A stretch of 64,000 nucleotides of DNA from Paraspadella gotoi. Its lineage: Eukaryota > Animalia > Chaetognatha. The stretch spans positions 10,379,677 through 10,443,676 of the forward strand of contig CM119266.1 of NCBI GenBank assembly GCA_051294375.1. Direction: 5' to 3'. Made by a program: the position numbers and the translations under genes. The notes below the pieces were generated by a model. That model had not been told where the DNA came from. It made no database searches and saw nothing but the letters and a program-made list of their open reading frames with translations. Shown here in pieces: positions 51,501 to 64,000 of the stretch; position 1 is the stretch's first letter, and each line of letters opens with the position of its first letter.

Positions 51501-52545
51501 ATAAAAACCTAATGGATTTAAAAAAAAGTAAACTTACACATTTAAAGAAACAACAAAAATATAAGAAAAAAATTTTTAGTTTTATAGAATTGAAAAAGTT
51601 TAATTCTATTTAATTTAACTTATAATTTACAGTTATTTTAGAATAGAAAAAATCTTTTGTTCAGCCAATAGATTTTATTCAATATAATTAAAAAAATAAT
51701 TAAAAACATAAATGTAATTTTTTTCATAGATTCTCGACCAAGAGAAGAGAGAACAAAAGAAATACGAAAAATAACAGAAAGAGAATAAGAAAAAAGTGAA
51801 TAAAAAAATTATGAGGCAAACAATTCTAAATGTTGAAAATAAATATTGAAAAAAAAATTTTTTTTTTTTAAAAATAGAAAATCAAGAAAGAACAGGGGGT
51901 GCCAAAGATTTTAATACATTAAATATCTTTCATTTCTAACCAATAAAAACAAATTGACCAGGAAGCGAACACGCCAGGGTTAATACGCTTCCGGGTTCAA
52001 TCCTATTCTCATTTTTCTATCGCTCCCCGGTTTCGGTTCTTCAAAAATCGCGCCGCTTCCACAGTGTTCGCTTACGCTTCCCGGATCGCGTCCAAACATC
52101 TCTGCTTAGAACGCTGGCCAAAACGTTTTCTGAGTAAAAAATTTGACATAACTTTTAGTAATAATAATAAATAATAATAATAATAATAGATTGAGCTTCC
52201 CCTTAGTCTCGTCACAAGCGCGAAGATTCTTAAAGTTTTTTTTATTAAAATATTCATTGTGAATATTATGTTTAAAAGGCAAATGATTTTCGTCATGAAC
52301 CATTCCCACTCGGTTTTGAATAAGATACAGTTCACAAATTTTGTTCTGCTTATTTATGTATATCATCGTCAAAACATTTATCACAGTTTGTATATATATT
52401 TCGTCTTCATCATCGTCGTCTCTTCAGACTCTTAAAATTTCGCTCTGTCATATTTGCTCTAGTTTCTCTCTCGAATTCCGGGGCGCCGAAATTCCTTTGT
52501 CGTCGTTATCGTCGTCGTTTTCGTCGTCGTCCCGGCCTTGAGTTG

Positions 52546-52582
<37 letters not shown>

Positions 52583-52826
52583 GGGCTTTCGGCAATAAAT
52601 TCCATGATGTCGGTCAAAAACTTTTTCCCGACATAAAAATCTGGTTCTTGCGATCGATTGATTTCGGGCTCTCTGCATTTTACCGACTAAAATTGATTTG
52701 TCGGATGGGGATTATGACGACGACGAAGACGAAGACGACGAAGACGACGAAGACGACGAAGACGACGAAGACGACGAAGACGACGAAGACGACGAAGACG
52801 ACGAAGACGAAGACGAAGACGAAGAC
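52546..52826. repeat. (GTC)n tract followed by (ACGACGAAG)n minisatellite
   Basis: Direct reading: 52546-52581 and 52716-52826. Confidence 0.9.
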
Positions 52827-52859
52827 ATTGACCTTTCCGGAGTCAATGGGTCGCGTTAG

Positions 52860-52945
52860 AGACTATTTACTAGGTAGAGTAGTTTGATTTAGATTTTCTA
52901 TTCGAGATTTGGCACTACCGGGTTCAAACCCGCGATGGGAGTCAT
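52860..52945 (+). mobile_element. Possible degenerate tRNA-derived SINE head next to an assembly gap
   Basis: ctaggtagag (A-box/D-arm-like) followed by ccgggttcaaacccg (B-box/T-arm hairpin). No intact cloverleaf. Confidence 0.3.
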
Positions 52946-53279
52946 CCGAGACAATTGTGATGGAAAACTCTAGGNNNNNNNNNNNNNNNNNNNNNNNNNN
53001 NNNNNNNNNNNNNNNNNNNNNNNNNNNNNNNNNNNNNNNNNNNNNNNNNNNNNNNNNNNNNNNNNNNNNNNNNNNNNNNNNNNNNNNNNNNNNNNNNNNN
53101 NNNNNNNNNNNNNNNNNNNNNNNNNNNNNNNNNNNNNNNNNNNNNNNNNNNNNNNNNNNNNNNNNNNNNNNNNNNNNNNNNNNNNNNNNNNNNNNNNNNN
53201 NNNNNNNNNNNNNNNNNNNNNNNNNNNNNNNNNNNNNNNNNNNNNNNNNNNNNNNNNNNNNNNNNNNNNNNNNNNNNNN

Positions 53280-53314
<35 letters not shown>

Positions 53315-53602
53315 TTTCATGTCTCTGTTCCACATTCAACTTCGACCTCGAAAAAAAAAACGTAAGTCAGTTTTCTTTCAAAAAATCGAGTGCAAAGAAA
53401 ATCTACGAGGAAAAAAGATTTTTCCGTTCGCTGATTGGTGGAAACATCCCCGTCGGCAACGGATTAATCCTGAGTTGTGATTGGCCCCGGGTTCTTAGAA
53501 CTATAGCAGAGGTCACGTGTTCCGTAAGACGCCATTTTTTTTTAGTTTTTGGATTTGTTTCCGAAAAACAAGGGGGATCGAAAATAAGAAAGTGATGGAA
53601 AA

Positions 53603-53643
<41 letters not shown>

Positions 53644-55231
53644 GACAGCTTCTGGCGGTTTCGGCGATCAAGGATTGGAGAGAAGAAACACACGAAAAGG
53701 TAAAAAAAAAGATTGGGACAAATCGGGAGATTAATGCTCCTCTAGTTACTACGAGTCTATGGGTGATAGTTTCGGCGGTGAGGGGTAGGTGGCGCTGTGA
53801 CGACTGAAACTTGCATCACTGACTCACATTATGAACTTGCGATAGAGCTCCTCAATAGTCTTCATCCAATAATGTATCTGTTGTGCGTTTAATATTAGGA
53901 TTCGCCGAATGCGAAAAAATTCGTTCAGTTTTAGACTAGAGAATATTTGATATTGTTAACACATCAATTCAATTTTTTAATAACAGCTGTCTTTTCTATT
54001 ATATTTTTGTTTTTTCAGATACGGTAACGAGTTTTTTCAAGTTCACCCGTTTTAAATTACTATAAGTTGCATTGAGTGGATTACATAGTGCCAAGCACAC
54101 GAATATAGTAATAATTGGAATTTCAGACGTGTTATAATTTGAATGATGGAGTTCCTCGGTTTTTTCTAGACATATTTAATGATAATCCTCGTTCACTTTT
54201 TACGACAAACATACAGTCATAGTGACAAGTTCCGGGACTCGCTCCGCGAGGCCAAGTTTCCGCTTCTCAGCGCCTTTTTTCTCGCTTTCAGCCCTCAGTT
54301 TCTAATTCTCGCCTCTTAGTTTCCGCTTCTCAGTCCAAATAAGAACGAATAAGCGAAAACAACATCTTCGAATCTCATCCCGTGATTTTCTTTTTCCGCC
54401 AAACGATTTAGTTCAAAAGCTTCGAGCCCGCCTTCTGCTCCACAAATCCTTGCTCCTCTACTCAAATTTATTCTCCACTCCACGCTCCTTTTTGAAGCTC
54501 TTGACGTATCGCTCCTATACTTGAGTTCACCCTCCACCACGAGACTATCGTCTACTCTCCGATCTACTCAAACAGCCTGATTCCCTCATGGCTTATTCAC
54601 TCTTCTAATGACGCGACTTACACGGCTTGCTCAAACTCCTTCCCTCCTTCATGACCACACTTAACTTGTCACACATCTTCGTGACTTCGATCTCACCCTC
54701 TCGCCCAAAACCTTCTTCCCTCCACGCCCCACCACTCCGCCCTTTCCTTTTTTTTGGGGCCGAAAATTCCCGCCGCTTTTGTTGTCGTTAATTGGAGGAA
54801 TTCTTTCGGATGGTTTCGTCGCCAACGCAAAAGAATCTCAAACTAATTTGCATACTCGAGTCCCGGAATCATTTTTGGGAGGAAAAAAAATAACGGAGGG
54901 CGACTGTGGAAAGACGGGATTTTTTTTTTTTTNNNNNNNNNNNNNNNNNNNNNNNNNNNNNNNNNNNNNNNNNNNNNNNNNNNNNNNNNNNNNNNNNNNN
55001 NNNNNNNNNNNNNNNNNNNNNNNNNNNNNNNNNNNNNNNNNNNNNNNNNNNNNNNNNNNNNNNNNNNNNNNNNNNNNNNNNNNNNNNNNNNNNNNNNNNN
55101 NNNNNNNNNNNNNNNNNNNNGTTTATAAATTTTTATACGATTTTGTCTCTAAGAATTTTATAGTATTTTTTACTCTGCTATGTATTTCAGCTGTTTCCAC
55201 CTTTTTTATTTAAATGTACCCGATCATTTTT

Positions 55232-55234
<3 letters not shown>

Positions 55235-55302
<68 letters not shown>

Positions 55303-55323
55303 TTATTTATTTTTTATTTATTT

Positions 55324-55390
<67 letters not shown>

Positions 55391-55480
55391 TTATTTATTT
55401 ATTATTTATTTATTATTTATTTATTATTTATTTATTATTTATTTATTATTTATTTATTTTATTATTAATTATTTTATTAA
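55235..55480. repeat. (ATTT)n microsatellite
   Basis: Direct reading. Confidence 0.95.
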
Positions 55481-55753
55481 ATAGATAAAAAAAATTATAA
55501 TTCCCTCAGCTATTTGCTTTCATTAGTAATAAATGTAAGTTTTAGATTATAAAATGTGAAAAGCGTCGTGCACGTGATTTCTCGTTTCGTCGAATTGCTT
55601 TGGTGAAAAAAAAAATGTTGCTGCTCAGCATCTAACTCTAATTTATGTACGTAAAAAAAATCATCTAAGAGATAAGTTAAAAGGAACATGTGCCATGATA
55701 TTTAACCGCGAGGAAACAAATTAACATTGGTTTCTTGCAAACATCTCTAATAT

Positions 55754-56258
55754 AGTGAATAAACGAGACCGTGAGAGAGTCTTGATTGAAAGCTTGCAGG
55801 GACTTGCTATGCCATTATCTTGTAAGAGTGATGGAGGCCTTAAACCACCAAAGCCTGTCAAAAGTCAGGGGCAAGATAGCTTATTTATTAAATGAATGGA
55901 TAATTTTTATATTGGTTGTACCAATTTCATAAAATTTAGCTCCTTGTATTTTGATGCTAGTGCGGAGTACAATAAGTATTCCCCGATCTAATACTTAAGG
56001 GAGTGGTCTTTTCATACAATTGAAACATTCTTTGAAATATTTTCCACTTCATTGATAGGGAAGCCAGGTACTCTGGGAGTGAATAAACGGGACTGTGAGA
56101 GAGTCTTGATTGAAAGCTTGCAGGGACCTGCTATGTCATTATCTTGTAAGAGTGATGGAGGCCTTAAACCACCAAAGCCTGTCAAAAGTCAGGGGCAAGA
56201 CAGCTTATTTATTAAATGAATGGATAATTTTTATATTGGTTGTACCAATTTTTCATAA
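55754..56258 (+). repeat. ~1.5 tandem units (period 324 bp) of the dispersed repeat also present in the ATRAID introns
   Basis: agtgaataaacg.gac.gtgagagagtcttgattgaaagcttgcaggga starts at both 55754 and 56078. Confidence 0.9.
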
Positions 56259-56903
56259 AAAAAAAAAATTGTTTAAAGGAAGTCCCTCTTTTTCTTGGCC
56301 GAGTGTGACCGGGCAATGCTCGACTATCGAGTCTATGTTATGACTTGTTTGTTACTGTCGGCCGATCCGTCTGAGGAGGAGAAGCGAGGAATGAAGGAAA
56401 GGAGGAGGAAGAGAAAATTGGGTGAGGAAAGGAGGAGGAAGAGAGGAGAGAGCGGGAGAAAGAGAGACAAGGAGAGAGAGACGTATGCTTGCTCTTTTCG
56501 TGGTTCGTAAAATTGTTTGCGAATTTTAATACAAGCAAAGCAAAGCGCTGAGAAAATGCAATTTCATTTTCATTTTATTTTTTTCTCTTGTACCTAAGAC
56601 GAAGACAGCAATCTTGGATTTAAATTCATGATTATTAATTCTACTTTGTTATACTATTCTTCATCTGATATGCAAAGACCGAATCAATTCACAGCTATTA
56701 ATAAAATTCATCAACTCTCTCTTTTTATCTTTAAAAGTATTTTTGTAAAACTTTATCTTTAGTTTTTGCTGAGACCCGCCTAGACGCAGAGAGTCAGTCA
56801 CCTTCACCCCCCTCTCTCTAAAATCGCCCCCTCCCCTTCTCTCTCGACCAACTTCGCCCTCCAGCGCAATTAATTCTCCCGAGACGCAATTCGAGGCGAC
56901 GGC

Positions 56904-56965
56904 GTTTCCATGGCAACGGGCTCCATTTTCGCGCCACCTTTGACGGCGTCGGTCGCCAAGGAAAC
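56904..56965. promoter_or_regulatory. Two RFX X-box motifs
   Basis: GTTTCCATGGCAAC (56904-56917) and GTCGCCAAGGAAAC (56952-56965) in a CpG-rich patch. Confidence 0.5.
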
Positions 56966-57859
56966 ACTGTCGCCACCGAATCGCCTCGTTTCCTCCGAAA
57001 TGCGGCGTTTCGTTGGAAAAAGAGCGGGGGGGGGNNNNNNNNNNNNNNNNNNNNNNNNNNNNNNNNNNNNNNNNNNNNNNNNNNNNNNNNNNNNNNNNNN
57101 NNNNNNNNNNNNNNNNNNNNNNNNNNNNNNNNNNNNNNNNNNNNNNNNNNNNNNNNNNNNNNNNNNNNNNNNNNNNNNNNNNNNNNNNNNNNNNNNNNNN
57201 NNNNNNNNNNNNNNNNNNNNNNNNNNNAAAAAAAAAATTTTTCATAATTATCAGTATAGTGCAGAATCGAAATAGAGGCGAAGAAAATAGAAACGGTCAA
57301 AAAATTCAATATTCAAAATTAAAATTACGAGAATAAATATGATCAAACTAACCCTTGCCCTTTGTTTTTACCGAATTACAAATCAATAAACTTATAACTA
57401 TTGCGGAGTGTCAAATACTACCGGCTACACATTTTTAATTATTAAATAAAAGAAAAATATACTGATTACCTACATTTTAATCTTTACAATGAAATTACGA
57501 GCAAAAAGAGGGAAAGGGCTCGAGAATGAGAACCAGATTCAAAGCCAGATGTTTCTGCGAGCGTGGGAGGGGAAACTGGGCGACTGCAATCAACTCTGCC
57601 AATCAATTCCCTTCTTTGTTCCTGTTTTTGCGGCGGGGGCNNNNNNNNNNNNNNNNNNNNNNNNNNNNNNNNNNNNNNNNNNNNNNNNNNNNNNNNNNNN
57701 NNNNNNNNNNNNNNNNNNNNNNNNNNNNNNNNNNNNNNNNNNNNNNNNNNNNNNNNNNNNNNNNNNNNNNNNNNNNNNNNNNNNNNNNNNNNNNNNNNNN
57801 NNNNNNNNNNNNNNNNNNNNNNNNNNNNNNNNNNNNNNNNNNNNNNNNNNNNNNNNNNN

Positions 57860-57895
<36 letters not shown>

Positions 57896-58373
57896 TTATG
57901 AAACGAACGACGGATATCGAAGTTTTTGCCGGAGAGATTTAAACAAGACTCAACAAAAGACACGAAAAGAGAGGAAAGAAAAGGAAAGAGAGGAAAGGAA
58001 ATCGATGCGTCTCGAAAAAAAGGAAAGAAAAGAAAGAGAGGTCGAAAACCCTACTCGCGCCGAAAGGAGGAAAAGGGTCAGGCCGACGCCACCCACCTCT
58101 TCTTTTTTTGCTGCGGAGGAGATGAAGATAGAAGGAGACTCCGCGAGATTTACTTCATCACCATTTGAAATAAACATTTCTGTCACCGGCTGTCTTTCTT
58201 TCTGTCTGTCTGTCTGTCTTCCTTTCTGTCTCTCTGTCTTTTAATATTATTGACTCACTTTCTGTATTCAGTCCGGCCCTTTGTCTCGTAGTCTATCTTG
58301 TCTGTCTCTCTCTATCTCTCTCACTCTCTCTCTCTCTCTCTGACGCAACGCGCATTCGCTCTCCTCTCCCTCC

Positions 58374-58416
<43 letters not shown>

Positions 58417-60259
58417 TTTCTTCTCTCGCTATATGGCACGTCTTGCCCTTCCATCCTGCCCGCGATCCGTGCCTGCGCGCGCGGTCCGTTCCGAACCGCC
58501 GCCGCCGCCGCCGCCGGCCGCCGCCGGCGCTATCGCGACATGTAGTACATTCAAGGCACTGCTTGCGTCCCGGGCTGCTGTACTTCGAATGTTAGCTGCC
58601 TGGGTAGGTTTTTCTTACCGCCGCCACTGCCCCCACCAGCGCCGCCCTACTCCGCCCCCCCCCCCCAAATTTTTTTCTTAACCCGCTATACGAAACCTCT
58701 CAAGCGATCGTTCTATCATTGCCTACGTCTACTTTCAATTTATGTTTAAGTTTTTTTTTATTACTTTTTATGTATGGGTGTCTAATCATTTATTGATTTT
58801 TTATAAATGTTTTTTATTTATGCAAAAAATATTGATTATTTGGCGGAGTGGCAATTTTAGCCAAAATTAAAAAATTAAACAAAATAATGTTTAATATTTT
58901 AACCTAGATTTCTGAAAAGAGAAAGGATTTTTAAAAATTAAATGATACTTTTGGTTAAGGAAATTCAATCGAATTTTTAAAATTTTTAAATTTTTTTTAC
59001 TTTAGCTTAATTTTTTATTATAATTTATATAATATAACTAACAAACAATTAATAAAATATAAATTTATAAATAAACCTTACCAAATTATTTACATGGTTT
59101 TATTTTTTATATATAGGGCCTTTATAAAATTTAAATGGTGTATGATGTTTTTATTGTGCTTGTCCAATGATTGTGTAATTTTTATTTTCAGATTAATGCT
59201 ATGCGTTGCTCAAAAAACCCCCAAATTTCTGAGGACAAGAGACACTTCGAAGGACGTATAAAAAAAAATGGGTTATCAACATTCGAATTCTACAGACTTT
59301 TGCGGGGGCGGATTAGAGAGAGAGAATTAGCACTAAAATGCTAATGTACCTTATTCGATTGTGTTATATTTGGATTATTTTTAAATATGCCTCTAGTAAC
59401 GTAGTATAAANNNNNNNNNNNNNNNNNNNNNNNNNTAAGAGGAAGAAGAGGATGGAGGAAGGAGAAGAAGGAAGGGGAGGAAGAGAGAGATGACAAAATA
59501 GAAACTTATCTACTAAAATAAATGAATTTAGAAAATAACGTAAGTTTAATTCGTTTTAAATCGTCGCTTTATAATTCAAATGAAATCAATGGGGAACCTG
59601 GGAGGAGAGATGGAGAGTCAATCGCATAATAATCATGATGCGATGCATCGCACTCGTGATGCATGATAAGTGGATTGGTGGGAAACAAAAGGGCAAAGGA
59701 CTTATACATGATGTAAAAAATTATTAAAGAAATTTCTGCAGTTCATGAAAAAAAAAGAAGTAAATGCAATAAAAAAGGGAGGAAACAGTTAAAAACAATG
59801 CAAAACTCAAAACACAGAAAGTTGAAGATCAACCTGATTTACCGAAAAGTACAATTATCCTATTTGATGTGAAAAAGTCATTATGTGGCACGAGGAGAGA
59901 CACTGAAAAAATGTGATGTTGAAAAGCGATGAACAAAAAAGATGGAAACATGAAAACAATTCTCGGTGGTGAGAAAAAAAAACAAAACAAAACAAAAGTG
60001 TGTGAAGGAAAATAATGAGAAAAAACAAGCGTTGATGGTTAAGAGGTTAGACTCTACTCACGATTTTTATTGCTTCATGCAAACTTTAACGCCTTCTCCC
60101 CCGCCGCCAATCACCGCCTCAACCACCGCCCACCACCATCGTCTGACGCCAGGACGTTCTTTCCCCGGCGGCCGCCGCTTCAGCGTCGCGTCTGGAACGA
60201 CGCCGCAGCAGCGGCTGAAGCAGCAGGGAACCGCGGCAGCGCGTCCCCCGGCGAGTGCA

Positions 60260-60282
60260 TGCGCATGCGCACGTGACACGTG
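60260..60282. promoter_or_regulatory. NRF1 palindrome overlapping tandem CACGTG E-boxes
   Basis: TGCGCATGCGCA at 60260-60271; CACGTG at 60270-60275 and 60277-60282. Confidence 0.45.
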
Positions 60283-60357
60283 GAATATACAGACGGCGAC
60301 AACGTTTTCGAAGACGACGACGAAGATTAAAACGACGACGAGTCTAAGGTCTTTTAT

Positions 60358-63450
<3,093 letters not shown>

Positions 63451-64000
63451 TGTTTCGCCTCGGAAACCAGTCTCGTGTCTCGTTTCACGCTTCGACAAAG
63501 TTTTCCCCATTAACTTTCCATATTATTTGCATTTGTATGCAAACAGCCAAACTTTTGACGCGAAAGAATTGTTTTCATTCACATTCTAAATGGAAAATGT
63601 TTTTTGTATTTATTTATTTATTATTTCTGAACATTAGCAGGAATTTAACAACCGGCCGGCGCGGAGACTTGCAAGCGATTATATTTGATAAAAATCAGCG
63701 GAACGGGCCGAGTGCGGCTCACCTTGTCCAGAGTCCACGGTTGGATTTGAAAACAAAAAAACAAAAACGAACTGACGATAGATAATCGAGTGTGAATTGA
63801 TAATTAGTTTAAAAAGCCCAATATTTTACTCACAGTGGTTGATTGATTCCGGGCGAGTTGAAACGGGACCTGTGTTACCTACTTGTCATTAAAATCACCA
63901 TATTAATTTTGATTGTCCCTATCATTATCGACGACGTTGCGGTTTGTCAAATTTGGTAAAAGAAGATCACAATGAAATCCCACTCGAGCGAACAATTTGG

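Larger units (their letters stand above)
52975..59435. other. Assembly gaps (N runs) at 52975-53279, 54933-55120, 57035-57227, 57641-57859 and 59411-59435
   Basis: N runs, mostly bordered by microsatellites or homopolymers. Confidence 1.

Noticed and set aside
51961-52090. tRNA-like B-box (ccgggttcaatcc) with gcttcc repeats
   Set aside because: No cloverleaf or A-box at suitable spacing.

Overview
AT-rich metazoan genomic DNA with short GT-AG introns; the protein content looks lophotrochozoan/spiralian, but that is inference. It is not prokaryotic. Positions 1-42.4 kb are gene-dense. From left to right: an 11+-exon multi-C2H2 zinc-finger gene (minus, runs off the left edge), a plus-strand gene that appears to encode two XK-related (Xkr scramblase-like) domains in tandem, then six co-oriented minus-strand genes (GEMIN5, ATRAID, an ST6Gal-type sialyltransferase, TEX9, a BTB-zinc-finger gene and a low-complexity C2H2 gene). 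I derived exon structures by hand from splice consensus and frame continuity. Positions 43-64 kb have no supportable CDS and consist of microsatellites, promoter-like motif clusters, a dispersed/tandem repeat and five N gaps. The most notable observations are: (1) an operon-like cluster with apparently unpaired splice acceptors just upstream of ATGs and only 110 nt between BTB-ZF and TEX9, suggesting polycistronic transcription with SL trans-splicing; (2) the tandem double-XK protein; (3) a Penelope-type minimal hammerhead motif beside an unexplained multi-hairpin structured element; (4) an exon open in two frames with two frame-restoring acceptors; (5) a repeated 'NWKWD...EEA' zinc-finger module, one copy assembled through a 22-nt microexon.
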